Shown piece after piece: positions 1-13,975 of a stretch of 64,000 nt of DNA. This DNA is from Lama glama (Eukaryota). Made by a program: the position numbers and the translations under genes. The notes beneath the pieces were generated by a model. That model saw only the letters and a list, made by a program, of their open reading frames with translations, was not told the origin of the DNA and searched no databases. Numbering within the stretch: position 1 is the stretch's first letter; each line of letters opens with the position of its first letter. The stretch is taken from NCBI GenBank assembly GCA_028534125.1, contig CM052817.1, positions 38,132,001 to 38,196,000 on the forward strand. Direction: 5' to 3'.

Positions 1-876
1 CTTAAATCCAGATCACTGAACCATCCCAAAAATGTCAAATGAGGATCAGAAGTAAAAGATCACAAAAAATATATAAAATAATAAAACACAGACTATCTTG
101 TACCTATATAAAGAACGGGAGGGGAGGTGAAAGATGAGGAGAAAGAAGGTAGAGAATTGAAAGAGAGGCAGTGGGTTTACATGAAGAAAGTTGGGGGAGA
201 TGGGGCTCCCTCTGGGTCCCAGATAAATCTGACTAAAGAAAAAGACTGTATCTATCATAAAGCAACATTCAGGCTTGTCAGTATGTATTATGTGATGTGA
301 GGAAAATTATTTCATATAAGATCCCAGGTATTCTCTGGTTGCAAGAGAAAAGGTCAACAAGTTATTATACACAGTAAAACCTGTCACTATGTCCATAATG
401 ACCAATAATAGACTCTCTCATACATAGATGTACTTACTGCTCACCAGTCACCCTTGTTGAAACATTATCTTGTATCAAAACGTGTATCAACTATTGCATC
501 ATATCTGTGTGAGTGTATGGGGTTAATTTCAACCGTTTTATTTGTATTTCTTAGGGAAAAATCCATGTGGCCTAGCCTCAACATTTTGGCTGCTTTATGA
601 CATGGCTTCAGTTTATACTTTATTTGCCTATTTGGAAGCAAAGAAGTCACTCAATTAATGCTTTCAGAGCTCTACGAATATGTACCAATTTTAGAGTGCC
701 ATTCAGAAAATAAACATCAAATCACTGCTTATCATTCCTTCTCTCTCAATCAGTTTGAGTAGCATAAACGCAAGACTTCCTTTAGAAGAGACACACATCT
801 CGGTCTATGATGATAAGACTTAATACTTGCAGGACCGCCTTCTGGCGCACTGATTATTCAGCTACAGAGTGCTCAC

Positions 877-919
877 CTTTATATGTTATGAGAATGTTAA
901 TCTGGAGTCAGGATGAAAA
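877..919 (-). other. Candidate 43-nt non-coding exon
   Basis: Minus strand reads ctttccatttttag|TTTTCATCC...ATATAAAG|gtgagc; stops in all three frames. Splice motifs only. Confidence 0.3.
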
Positions 920-2370
920 CTAAAAATGGAAAGTATACTCTGTCCATGGGGCACTTCACTATTGTATATGAATCTTTTATCTTTTATTTCATTTAGTAAA
1001 CATGTTTCATGATTGTTCTGTGAAGTTTACTATGTTATGGTAAATCATGTTGTCAGATACGGGCATTGACAATCTTTAAGCTTTTGCTAAAAACACGGTT
1101 TGCTAAAGTGTATTTTGGGCCCTTAAACAATGAATTACTTCTGAGTCCAGACATTGCTAAATTAAATCTGAATATAACTCCCTGAAGTGTTTTAAAATAG
1201 CATAAGATGATTTGAAGTTCTCTACAGCACTAGAACAGCAATAGTGTGACTCTCATTAATATTTATCTTTAATTTATTGAACAAGCCCAATAATGAAATT
1301 GATTATGATACTCCATCTCAAATTTCTATGAGGGGTTCTCATTCTCGGCAGTGCATTAATTATCCAGACTTTTGTTCTCCAAGGGCCAAAAGAAAATTGA
1401 TGAAACATCAACCAACATAATTTACACCCTCTGACTCTAGCTTTAGACAATTAAGGAGCCCAGATGTTAAGAGAAATGCCCCTCTGCTAAGCATAGCAAT
1501 GCACCATTTTAGTTTTCCATATGGTTTCACACACAAGAGATTATCAGATGTTAGGAAGCACATGGAAGACCCAAGAAGAGCTACAGTCTCTCTACCTTAT
1601 TAGAGAAAACTCAGAAAGATATAACTAGGTATTAAAAATTAATAGTATTGTCTGTTACTTTATAATGTAAACCATACAACGTGGTATTAAACCATGCTTT
1701 TGTTATATTTCAAGTACTTATATTTCAGAGACACTGAATAACCTTCCCAAAAGACCTCGAAAATTCTAAAAATGTATTATTGCATTCTCTGACAAAGTTA
1801 ATACAATCCTCAAACTGAGTTACTAGTTATTTACAGGTTTCTATAGAAATTGTACTATGAAATAAGAATTTGTAAAGATGGTTCTTACTTGAAGAGCACA
1901 ATTATAAGGGATTACAAGTAAAAACATGTAATTAAAAATCTATAAATAGACACCAAGTTTCCAGAAGCGAATATAAACCTAAATTAAGCTGTCCATGAGG
2001 ATTACAAAACTAAAAGCCTAGGGGAGTTATATAGCACTTAACTTAAAACACTGTAATCAAGGCCACTTACACAGACATTAAACTCTACAAAAAGAATCAT
2101 AATGAATCTAATGTATACCACAGAGACTGCAACTCCTAAACTGTCTTCTTAAAATGCATTGACTAATAATGAATGAATCTGAAAGAAGGATTTTTGTCTT
2201 AAATAAGGAAGGTCCTCTCAAGCCTTACTTTTTTCCCTGTTTGCTTCTATCTGGTAACTTCAAGGCACTCTTGAATAATTCTAGAGATTATATTTAGACA
2301 CACTATTTACATGTGAAGGCAGCAGATAGTAAACTGAAAGAGTAAGACTTTAACAAAATAACAATTTTTA

Positions 2371-2415
2371 CCAGCCGGCCTGTTAGCTCAGTTGGTTAGA
2401 TTGTGGTGCTAATAA
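2371..2415 (+). pseudogene. Tailless retropseudogene of the 5' half of tRNA-Ile(AAT)
   Basis: 2377-2415 GGCCTGTTAGCTCAGTTGGTTAGATTGTGGTGCTAATAA matches the first 39 nt of vertebrate tRNA-Ile-AAT (GGCCGGTTAGCTCAGTTGGTTAGAGCGTGGTGCTAATAA) with 3 mismatches and stops at the anticodon loop. Flanked by 16-bp direct repeats at 2355-2370 and 2414-2429. Confidence 0.9.
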
Positions 2416-4647
2416 AACGACAATTTTTAGTGGATGCAGCAATGTCTCTCTGCACTTGAACCCTCAGCTCCATCCCCAAGATTTCCTGATCAAAGCTTCC
2501 ACAAATTTCTAAAAAGGAAAAAAAAATCAGTTGTTTTTACCTTCCATATTTTCTAGAAGAAAGGCAAACATTCCACAACCTGGCAGTTTCAAATTCCGTC
2601 TTCCTCCATTACGGGTGTTTGTGGAAAGTGGGCTCGTTTCTAGACCTCCAGAGGAAAGCTAACTCAGGCTGGAGGCTTGCTGACTTGACACTCGTCTCTC
2701 CTTTTATCAGCTAAGGGTGAGAGGCCAGTGACCACACGTAATACTCCTGTAACTCCCCCTTAACAAATGTTTAGAAAGCTTGTCTTGACAGAAACTGATT
2801 ACAGGGATAAAAATCACACCCCCTTGTCCCCTCACAACAAAGAGCTCAACAATGAGAAGATTAAAAGACAGGCTTTGAAGTGGCTTACTGTCCCTATGGT
2901 CTTTAAAGGCAAAACAGGCACTAAGTTTTTTCCCTCAGTAACTTTTCAGCATCTTCTCGTTTGCATGAACTGGCATCGTCTAACATCAGATAGTACCTAA
3001 AAGGGATTTGCTTGGGTTAAAGTTTGAGCAAAATGTCTTTGAAAAATAGGCTATAGAAAGTAAATTGGAACTGGCAACTCACCAAGTAATGATTAGGTAA
3101 GTTGACAGTGTTACTGAAAGGAAGTTGTGTGTTACTATCAATTACAACTTAACCTACAGGTTTTTACTTAAGGTTTAACCACTTTTTACTTATTTTGAGA
3201 GCAGATGCTATAAACAAAGTTTTCACAAACCTGTCCTCAACAACAGCAGGAGTTTTAAGTGGGCAAGAATTTTTGTTGTTTACATTTCTGTTTTGTAAAT
3301 TAAGAAATTGAGACATCGGGTGCTTTTTCACTAAACATACATGAAGAACTATAGCAGAAACATGCAATAAAAATTGAACAAGCAGTTCAATAATCCTATA
3401 AGATAATCATATAAGACCAAAATGCAGGAAAAAAATAAAGATGGCATACTTTTTCAATTTGTGTCACATTTTCCTGATTTCTGTCTGTTTGCATGTTTTG
3501 ATTTTTCACAATGTAGCCGTATCATTTCCACAGAAACTCTCACCGTCCTTGGCTCCTAGACCTTGTACTATCTTGGTTCCTTCATTTCTCCTAGTTCAGC
3601 TAGTTTATCAAGGCTTTGTCACTGGACCTCTTTGCTTGTGTAATGACACATTAATTTCCTTCCCCCAAGTAACACAGCAACAAGTTACTCTAGCATCTGC
3701 ACCAGCAAGACGCAATGACTTTGGCCCCTGAAAAAGCTCTGTTCTTTGTCTTTGCTCCTGGCGTTCCCACTAGTTGGAAGAGTTTCCTATCAGTGTTTTT
3801 CAACCTCAGTTGCATATTAGAATCACCAAGAAAGGTGAAAAACTATCCCATAACATACTTAACAAGCCAGTCCAGGTAATCCTGTTGATTCCAGTAATTA
3901 GCCAAGGTCGAAAACCACAGAAATCTATCAAAATTCTCCCCATCTTGTCAAACCCAGTTTTAAACTTTTCATCCATTTGTGTCCCTTCCATCTTTTGAAG
4001 TTTCTTTACTTACAGATTTCCAATGATCCTTACCAATTTCTTCTTTGTATGCAGATTTCTCTGAACCATCCTATTCAATGAAAAGGAATAGGTGACAGTC
4101 CCCCTTACTGCTCCATCCTTAGTTCCCTTTGTGTCCTAGAATTCCTGCTGATTTGCTTGATCCAGACCATTTGAATACAGGGTATGAAATATTTAAACAT
4201 CCTCAATGCCTTTCCTCACCAATCTGGGTCCGTCCAGCAAGGTCTTTCTCCCTCTCCCAGAAGGCATGTACAGTGCAAGGCATAGGGTGCTGTGCAGTCC
4301 TGAGCTGTGTTTTGTCCCACACTCTGGTCTCCAGTCTACTCTGTGCAAATCCTGCTTTTGGTTCTGTTTGACTCTCACTGGAAACTCTAGTTTTACTCCA
4401 GGTCCTCATTCCAGTTACTGGGGTTTGGGTAATTACACGCTGATTCAGGCCTGAGTCTCTTAGGAACTTCCTACAGTCTCTTAGAAAAACTTCGCAGAGT
4501 GCTTCCTGAATCCGTCGGCCATGTAGACATTACACCTTGCTGGGCTCACTAAGCTGGTGGTCAGCTGGACCTGCCTTGTGTGGCTCCAATTGTGGGAATT
4601 ATGCCAGGTCCCAGATCTGTCCTCACCTACCCAATGTGTCAGGCATT

Positions 4648-4742
4648 AAACTTGAGCCCTTGTGTAGATAAGAACTGTGTCTTACTTATCTTCGCTGATA
4701 CATTTCACAAAGGGCCCGGCACACACTAAGTGCTCAAACTGT
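4648..4742 (+). mobile_element. L2 LINE 3' end fragment
   Basis: ...aactgtgtcttacttatcttc...cccggcacacactaagtgctcaaa resembles the L2 3' terminus. Confidence 0.55.
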
Positions 4743-4909
4743 TTTGCACATATTATTAAGGTATTAAAATTCACAAGCTTATTTTTACAAATTAAATCTT
4801 ACTTGTTTGAAGTTTCTATCCTTCCCATCCTGGTTCATTTCACTTAAATACTTCAATACATAGAATTTAAAAAACAGAATTCAGAAAGCTTATTGTGTGC
4901 ATATTTTTC

Positions 4910-5010
4910 ACTGTACAGACCAGAAACTAGAGAACAAAAGGGCTTAATGAACTGGCCGAGGTCATGCAACTAGTTAGTGGCAGAACTGGAGTGAGACTTC
5001 CTGGCTTCTA
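4910..5010 (-). mobile_element. MIR SINE fragment
   Basis: acagaccagaaactag...gaggtcatgcaactagttagtggcagaactgga is the reverse complement of the MIR core. Confidence 0.65.
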
Positions 5011-5077
5011 ATGATGTCACCTTAATTATCAGGAGGATCTAATCATGAACACAGAGTCATGAAATAAAAAATGGAAG

Positions 5078-5300
5078 ATTACTGATTAAGCACTTACTTG
5101 AGACTAAAAGTTTTGCATATATTTTGCCCTTTAATTCTCACCATAACCCTGTGATAATGATAATATTTGCACATTGTAAAAAAGAAACTGAGATTCAACA
5201 AACTTAAAATTTCCCCCCAAACTCACACAACTAACAAATGCTAGACATAGATTTAGAACCCACATCTATCCAGCTCCAGGGCCTGTAGCTTTTCCATTGT
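5078..5300 (-). mobile_element. MIR SINE
   Basis: tttaattctcaccataaccctgtg...gaaactgaga...cacacaactaacaaatg...atttagaaccca, MIR reverse complement. Confidence 0.7.
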
Positions 5301-5617
5301 TAACCTGACCAAAGGGTTGGAAAGACAATCAGTATAAGTTTTTGATTTAACTAAGAAATTCACTGAATAATTTCCCTAAAATATGCTTTTCTGATTTTTA
5401 AATCTCCCATCAAATTCCAAATTCCAATATAAACATTTTCCTTTACTGAGGGATCAATATGACTAAGGAATGTAAAAATACAACAGACATAGGTAATTTA
5501 CTAGGCGAGTCCCCAAGAGCCATTGTCTGTGTTAATTTCCCTGTGAAATTCAACTTATTTTATTCTAAGCACAGTCAATAATTGTCATTTAAGCATTAAT
5601 AATTAATTTTGTTTCCC

Positions 5618-5738
5618 TTCCTAGACTGTGAAATTCATCAGGGCAAGGACCAAGATTTTTTTTTTTTTCAGTCATGACCATAATCCCTGTATTCATAGTA
5701 GATGCTTAGTTTATATGTGTTAACTAAGTGAATAAATC
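5618..5738 (+). mobile_element. L2 3' end
   Basis: ctagactgtgaaattcatcagggcaaggacc...catagtagatgcttag...gtgaataaat. Confidence 0.65.
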
Positions 5739-8556
5739 AGTTTATTAATTGCCACAATGGTATAATGCAGTATTTCTGAAAACGGATGCCTATATCTTCA
5801 TCAAATACATTTGACACATGGTTATATTTTGTTAACTCCTCTTTCAATCCTTACGTAATTGTCCAGATTTTCAGTATTTTATTATCTTCCTAAGATGAGT
5901 GCATACTTTCTATTGAGGTCTAAATTCTCTTGGAAAGTTTCCTTGGGTCCTGAAGTCACCATTGGATACTGTGAATAAGGAAGGCAAATGAGTTTGAACT
6001 AAGCTGAAATGGAAACCACAAAAGAAGGGAAATTCATGACTCAAAATTAAGGATCTAGGTTGATGAAAGTGAAGGTAAATGAATTTTAGGAAGTAACAAA
6101 ATATTCTATAGAGAAATGGAATCCAGAGTTATTTGTCCCTCCAAAACATTTAATTTTATCATATTATTTTGCTATTTTGGTTACTATCCTTAACATCAAT
6201 ACTATTTTATATTATTTTTTCAATTGTTACTATAATTATAATGAATCTTCATATTTCAAAAATATATTATTCTTATTTTCAATGGCTCAGTATCACAAAA
6301 TGGAAAATATAATTTAATCTAAGAAATGATTCTAACAACTTTTAAGCAAATCAAAATAATTATTGTGTCATAAGTTTATATTTTATTTTTACTACTGGAG
6401 CTAGATGGTAATTTCCCTAATTTGTTCTGTAAATTTATACTTTTCTAGGTCAGTATCATTTGTTGCATTTAGATAAATACATAACAGCCAAACGGTGATC
6501 ACAGCAAATCTCCAGGATACATAAAGGTACGCAATGTGTTGGTTAGAAATAAATTGCATCCCACTGTAAAGTAAAAATAAAAATCCCTGAAGGGTAATTT
6601 TCAGAATTAACATTTTACAACTGATATGTACATGGGACCCACTTTTGCTGATCATGTCGTCTTGGAGGAAATGCATAGGACAAGATCATAATGTTGACAT
6701 TTTATGCAAAAATGCCAAATAAAATACTTTCCTCATTACTAGACATAGTTACTATGTTCCTATTAAATATATACACATGTTTTATTTCTTAATGTTTCAT
6801 CTCAAGAATAAGATTCCAATGCCTTATTCAGCAGTCATCCTTTGTAATATTTCCACAGGCACTGAAACATTTGGTACTGTACTCAGGTGAATTGCTTAGT
6901 GGAGACTGAATGCCTTGTCAATTTTTCATTCCACATTTTTTACACAGTTTCTTCAATGCTTTCATAAAGATGACATCTTGTATCATAAAGCTTGGCCAAA
7001 AGAGAAAAATTCAAGGTTGTAGAGAAAATGGACATAATGTAAAAGAAATGTTATATTGGAGATAAGGGGGGAAAACTTTAAAATTGCTTTTTTACTAACC
7101 TCGTAAGGGACATAACTGGAGGAGCTTCAAGACCGTAAGAGGCTCTGTGATAACAAATACCTTGGACTTTTACAACGAAACAAATGGATTATGCAAGATA
7201 AAAATGACAAGACTTGCATATTTTATTCCAAAATAAGACATTAAAAAATGAATGTAGGATTTAAAATACATACATAGTTAAGCGTCACTTCAAAATTCAC
7301 TGAAAATATCACCTAAGCCTGACTTGGCTTTCATCTATTAATGAACATAAATTACTATTGTTTCTTAACAGGGGTCTTAATGTAGAATTTTTCTCCTTGA
7401 TCTTAAAAGATGATGGAACCGACAGCAATTGATAGTAATTGCAGTTTTAAAAAACTTGACTATCGCTTCTATAATATACATAACTGTGTGCTGAAAAATT
7501 GTTTTGGCTCCCTGATTTTAAATAACTGGTTTTCCTGAAATCTTTATCAGAGTTCTCACCTCATTCTATTGCACACTGTACTTCACTTTCGACTACAAAA
7601 AGATAGTAGTTGGTTTTTTAAAAGAATTTCATAAAATCAAAAGCACATGTACACACAGTCTGTCTATACATGTGCATGCCTGAAAATCAAAGGAATAAAA
7701 TAAGCTTTTTTGAGTACTTGCAATCAATTGTAATAACAGACTTGCTAGATGCAGGAATAATTTAGCTAGCTATTACAAAGATTTTTTTTTCATGTATTCC
7801 ATGTTCCATTTTAATTAGCCTCAAAAATAGGGTTAATTCTTAACCATTTCATACCAAATAAGAGTATAAAACTCTGACGTATGCATTAAGTTCTATTTAA
7901 TTAAGTAAATATTAATTCTCATAACTGTATATTCTTTTATTACCTTGTTTTGCAATCGTGGATCAAACTTTTTTTTCACTAGTAAACATAAATGCATTAA
8001 ACTCCATATTATTGGGGCACATTTAATAAGTGCCCAATGAAACAATTTATAAAACACCTATAAAAGTCTATCAAACATAAAACTTTTTGAATAGTTTGCC
8101 CCTACTTAATTTCATTATATTTTAGATAGGATGAAATGTGCCTTTATGTTCTTAAATTTTTATTTCAAAACAGATACCTATACTCATTAATCATTTTTGC
8201 TTTTTTCTAAATCACGCTGCATTAAATAATAAACATACAATGGGAATGAAACATACAAAAATCTACCACAAGCTAACAGACTACAAGGATTTAAAGTATT
8301 TTTAATGAGCTACTATATTTTGTAACAGTCATGAGAAAACAAAAAGATGATATGGACAGATATAGAGAGATAAACAGAACTGGAAGAGAGAAATAACATC
8401 TATAACAGGAGATTCACATGCAAACTGAATTTAATAGTAATGTTGTAGTTGACAAAGTACCTCAGCCTCAAACGCAGGTCAGCCCTGCTCTGTTATCTTT
8501 TCATGGATAGAAGGAAAGGTCCAATGAAGAACGGCAGAATTAGGCTGACTGCAAAC

Positions 8557-8931
8557 TGACAAAAAAATCTCTGACTGAACTTTACTCAAGTTCCTCTGAA
8601 CTCTCTTTTCAACTACGTCCTGCTTTTTGAACTTCTGCATTTGTCTCTGCATTGCCCAATTTTAGCAAGAATCCTGTTAGGTTTAGTTTAGCCAGAGTCC
8701 CCCCTCACCCTTGATGTTTCCTCTTAGTAATTTTCTATTCACTGATCCCCTACACCCTCTTCCTTGGCTATAAATTCCCACTTTTCCTTGTTGTGTTCAG
8801 AATTGAGTCCAATCTCTCTCCCCCACTGCAAAACCTCACTGAAGTGGTCCCCATATCTAATTGAGATGGTCCCCCCAAATAAAATCTGCCTAACTATTCT
8901 TTAACATGTATCATGAATAATATTTTAAACA
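8557..8931 (+). mobile_element. Solo LTR, ERV1 class, MER31/MER67-like
   Basis: Starts TGACAAA, ends AACA; contains agcaagaatcctg...ccccctcacccttgat, cttggctataaattccc (TATA) and AATAAA, as in MER31-type LTRs. Confidence 0.7.
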
Positions 8932-9009
8932 AATAAACACAGCTATTGTCTTAATTAGTATCAGAAGAACCTCTATAACTCCTGCTCATCATGCAATGGT
9001 AGCACAAGA

Positions 9010-9400
9010 GCCCTAACTGGGGGGCCCTACAGGATGCTCAAGTGCCAGTGGGGTTCTAGGTGCTCCATCATGTTTAGAGCTGATGGTCAGAGGGGCTAAG
9101 CATGATATTCCATGGGGGCTGGAAGAAAATATTACAACTTGACTTTATATTATTTTCATAGACGAAAATAAAGAGATCCAGTATTAGTACTGTTTAACAT
9201 GTGACAGACCCTGAACTTTCGCTTAGTGCATATGTCAGATGGTCAGTTTTGTGTACTGAAGACGGAGACTCTTTAGGGAAGAGGGGGAGTTTCACAAGGC
9301 AAAGGAATTGAGTAGAGGCCTTACCATTGTCTTTGAGCTTTGGGTTACTGAATATATTGTTGCTTACTGGCATGTGGTTCAGTGAAGTAATGGATTAGAG
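9010..9400. mobile_element. Possible degraded hAT-Charlie DNA transposon fragment
   Basis: ccatgggggctggaagaaaatattacaactt resembles Charlie-type subterminal sequence; weak. Confidence 0.3.
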
Positions 9401-10967
9401 CACCAATTTTAAGAAACTAGTCCTCATGAAATGAACAGATGGCTTACAAAGATTCCTTCCAAGAAACCAAGGATTAAAGACAATGCTCATCATTCAAGCA
9501 CAAGGCAATTCCACCAGGTAAATTACAAGATGAAAGGATCTAATTGTATCTGACGAGAAGCAGTCTAAAAACTGAAAATATAACAGTACTATTTGAAACA
9601 TACATGTACCTGCTATTCTTGTTGCTAGACCTTGCCCTGGGTATATGCTGATTGCACAGCATGTATGTACTGCCTTTGTGAGATAATTAATCTCCGTTAT
9701 AATAATCACCAAAATAATCACTTTTATAAACTGTTAAAGAAAATAATGCCATATATTAAATATATCTCTTTCACTTAAATTAAGATATTTTGTATTATTC
9801 ACAAAAAATGTATTATTCTTAAGATAGTCTCTTCTGCTATACGTCTCTTTGACATGAACTTCCTCACATGTGATTGTTAAATAGAGGGACTATATCAGTA
9901 GGATATAATAATAGATTTGGTTCATACATGACTTCTTACTAGAATGTTAATGTTTTAAAGAAATCAGGTACAAGCTTTCTCACAATTAAAGAAAAGCCTT
10001 AGCAATATCTGAAAACCTTAACAATGGAGCTGAAAATCTACAGGAGCCTTCCTCCAATAGTGGCTTATTTAGGATTCTTAAGAACTTCTCAGCTTTCTAA
10101 TAATTTAAAGTATAAGTGCAGTTGTAGAAACTGCATAAGACATGTCCCCTAACTTAAAACAACGGAAAGCCTACACCTGGGAAAAATATTTTTAATTTTG
10201 GTGAAGATGGTCTTTATTAGAAGCAAGCATCCTTCCATACCTACATCTCAAAGGAAGAAGTCAAGCCCGGGCTCTTCAAGGCTGCAAAGGCATGACTGTC
10301 TGACAGCGATGACAGGTGCCAATGTTTGTATGAAGGTTACTCTCATTCTCATCTGTACTCTGTTTTCAGATTGCTCTAGGTTTCGAGTGATCGCTTCCTA
10401 ATTCTAGAGGAAAACTCGAGCCATAATATTTTTATTAAGCAATTTTGTAAGACAAGTAATTTTTTATGAACTCATATGGAGCTTAACAGCAGAGTGCCTA
10501 GTTTAATCACCCAATCTTAAAAAAAATTCTACATGTTTTGTAATAAAAATACATTAATAAAAACGCATAACATATAAGCAAATAAATGCTATATTTACAT
10601 TGGACTACATGGTCTGTTTACTCTATTTTTTTTAATTGAGAGAGCACAGTCAAAAATGTTTTGAGGCCACTCATCTAATTTTTATTACCCTGCATGGAAA
10701 ATATGTGTATAAAAGCAGACATCAGCTTGACCGTGGAGAATGGAAGTGAGGAACTCTCAGCACACGGGTCAGGTAACAGAAACACAAGACGGATATACTG
10801 AAATAGAAATTATGAAATGATGTCTCATGAAATGAATGCTTGGAAATAAAAGCAAGACAGAGCTCGGTCATGCAGCAGACAAGAATGGGACCTCTCATTC
10901 TGAACATTCTGAACACCCTATGGCAACACTGATTACATTACACTCTGGTGAGTTTTTACCGCCTCCT

Positions 10968-11095
10968 TCGCCTGTGTGAACTCCTGGGACAGGGCACCAT
11001 GTTTTATTCAGCTTTGCAAATCCCCTGCAGTTGGTAAAAGCCCTGGCACGTAGGAGATGATCACAGTCGTTTGCTGAGTGAATACAATAATTTAT
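10968..11095 (+). mobile_element. L2 3' end
   Basis: ctgtgtgaactcctgggacagggcacc...ccctggcacgtaggag...tttgctgagtgaat. Confidence 0.65.
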
Positions 11096-11159
11096 GAATA
11101 AAGGTGTGTGCTCACTTGGAAAGGAAATAGGGTGAAAACTAAGAAAAGGAAGAAGAGAA

Positions 11160-11372
11160 TGAACATTTATCAAGTGGTCATATGTGTCAGGAGAGCCAGG
11201 TACTTTATTACTGTGAATTATTCTTACAGCTCTCCTATTCCCATTTATAGAGAGGAAGTTGAAGATCAGACATTAATTTCTTTGCCCCAAATTGACACAG
11301 CTAGTAAATAGCTGGGCCAGGATTTGCAATATGATCTAGTTTGGAGTTAATACTCTGGACTTCCTTATGCTG
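11160..11372 (-). mobile_element. MIR SINE
   Basis: aacatttatcaagtg...attcccatttatagagaggaagttgaag...gacacagctagtaaatagctgggccaggatttg. Confidence 0.7.
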
Positions 11373-12098
11373 CCAGGAAGGGGTAGGGTCTCTGTGGAAG
11401 GTAGCTGCCATCATAAACCACAGCTTCTTTATACATAAGTAACGCTGATGTTGGCTGCAGGATTCTTTAAAGTCCAGAGTGTCAGCAATATCTTGGCTAA
11501 CTATGACTTCCCAACCAGGGAAGAAAAATCAGCCATTAATAATTTACCCCTTCTTCATAGTTCAATTCCAATGGATTTGTTTTTTGTTTGGCTAAGATAT
11601 GTTTTAAGAGTTAGAGTGATTTCTAAATTAATGTGTTGATTGATTCTGTCTCCTAATGTAAAATGTAAGACTTAGGAAATTCAAATGCTCTTGTGAAAGA
11701 TAAAAAGGGTTTTAAGTTCAAGGTTACTAGTCTATGATCAAAACATAACCTATTAGACAAAGACAAACACTCATTCAGCCTGTTTGAAGTATGTGAGTAA
11801 ATAATTCATGGATGTTTTCACAGTTTTTCTCGGGAATACATTGGTAGTTTAGATTTCAGTTGTGGTGCACACTAAACCATGGTTAAATATCTAGTTTAAA
11901 GAGCAAATAAACTTTTTAAACTAGTGGATATAATCATTATTTTTTAATGAAAACAATTTCTTCTTACCCTTATCTTAGCATAATAATGTCACCCAATAAT
12001 TAGGAGTCTCCAAGAGACTAAACCTCATGGATAATATAATGTGTTTCTTTGTTGGTAAAAGGAAAGGTCGATTTGCTATCACTGCTTTGTGCCTTAAG

Positions 12099-12730
12099 CA
12101 GAGGGGAATTAATTATGAAACTAATAAAACTTAAGCTTCAAAGCTCTTCAATTGCACAGCCCTCTTCCAGGGTCCTGAAGGAACTATGTCAAGGTGCTCA
12201 CATCATATACTTGTAAAACTCACAAAGTTAAGATGTTTTAGCCACAGTCTATTAAATCCCCTCTTCCCATTTCAGTTAATCAACCATCATGCTTTCCCTT
12301 GGGTCAGGTAACACTGGAGTGGCTGCCAGCATTTTTGGTACCCAGGTAAGGAGAACTTGTATTGGTGATACATTTAGTTTAGGATTAATGGAATATATGC
12401 ATGTGGTTTAAGGAAAGGCTGAATTAGCTTTTCATCCTTCCTGTAGAAAATGGTATTATAAAATAGTCATCAAAAAGTCATCAAAGAGTACTCCATCAAT
12501 TAAGGTAGGACAGAAGGTGCATTAGGCATTTTGGAGGTAATAGTACCATTATATTTCTGGATTTGCGATGCTTGAGGGCATTTGTCAGTTGTCATAAATT
12601 TGGAATTTGTTGTAAATTCTTTTTCATCCTAGAATAATCATTGAATTCTTATTCATAATTTTGTATTCTTTCTTCTAAATACAACTCCCAGATGGTATAA
12701 GCTTTAGGTCCTTCAAAAATTACCCTAGAC
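12099..12730 (+). mobile_element. Arthur1-like hAT-Tip100 DNA transposon (internally deleted)
   Basis: 5' cagaggggaattaattatgaaactaataaaacttaagcttca..., internal gatacatttagtttaggattaatggaatata, and 3' ggtataagctttaggtcc match the Arthur1 consensus as I recall it. Confidence 0.7.
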
Positions 12731-13761
12731 AACAATCTAAAACATTTTTGGAGGTTAAAACCATAAGGCTGTGTGATAGATTTATATGCTTTCTTTAGAA
12801 TAGGTGAGCACGTCAATACCTTTCTCCCAACCAGGAATTATTTACGAGCTCTTTATTCAAAGGAGAGAATAAATGGGAATGAGAAGTCTAGTCTCCTATC
12901 TTCTTGATAATTCCTCCTCTTATTCCAACATTACCATGAGCAGCAAACACAAATACAATTGCACCATTTAGTAGGTACTGTTCAGTACGAAGAAACTTGA
13001 AGTAAACTTGCAAAACAGTAAACAATAAAACACCTTTAAAACAAAGAGGGTGTTATTTTTTCTTTGCCTCCCCCAATCTCTGCTTTTGAAATGTTTTACA
13101 ACATTTTTGAGAAAAGTTTCCTCTGTATACACCTACTATCAAGGGAAAGGGCTCTAAAACCCTCATCAAATAATTAAACGTTTTATACAATGTAGGTGGA
13201 TTTTAAGTGTGCTCCGAGCACAAAGCAAAACCTGTAGAGGTGTTTGTCCCAGTGCACAAATCACCTGCAGTCCCCAAGAACTCCTATGTCCATATCTCTC
13301 ATAAACATGTGAGTCCATGAAAAAGGAAAGTCTCTAACACTTAGTGGACTTTAATTGTGAAAACGTTAACCCATAAATGTTGGGTCAATATGGACAATAA
13401 GCAGATAATATCCAGACAGATACACAAATGAGAGTCTTCACAGATGAGTGAGGAAAGGTCAAGACTACACTGGGTTAAATTTCTTCCTGGAAAGCAAAAT
13501 CGACAACTGAGGTCAACCTGCTTTATTGCCATACCTAATGAGTGAGTTCTACTGCTTAAATTTCATCTTTGGAAGAAAATATAGACATGTACCTATAAAA
13601 GCCTTAGCAATACAGGCAGGATGCAGTTTCATATTTCTAGACACGGTTGTTGATAGCAATTAAGATTGGAGAAGGAGAAAAAAATCAGTTATATATGGTA
13701 ATACAAGTCATAAGGGTGCTTTTTCTTGCTCTCCTGTAACACTGATGCTACTGCTAATGAT

Positions 13762-13975
13762 AGTAATGGCAGCTAACCTTTAGTAAGTGCTGTCTATGTG
13801 TCAGGCACTGTTGTAGCTACTGTTATTATCATTCCCACTTCTCAGATGATGAAATTAAGGTGCAGAATTACTGAGACAGTAATCAAAGACACAAAGCCAT
13901 AGCACTGGCAGAGCCGGGATTCAAACCCAGGCAATGTGGATGAATAGCCCAAGCTCCTCACTATTGTGTCATATG
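13762..13975 (-). mobile_element. MIR SINE
   Basis: ctatgtgtcaggcactgtt...cagatgatgaaattaagg...tggcagagccgggattcaaacccaggca. Confidence 0.8.
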
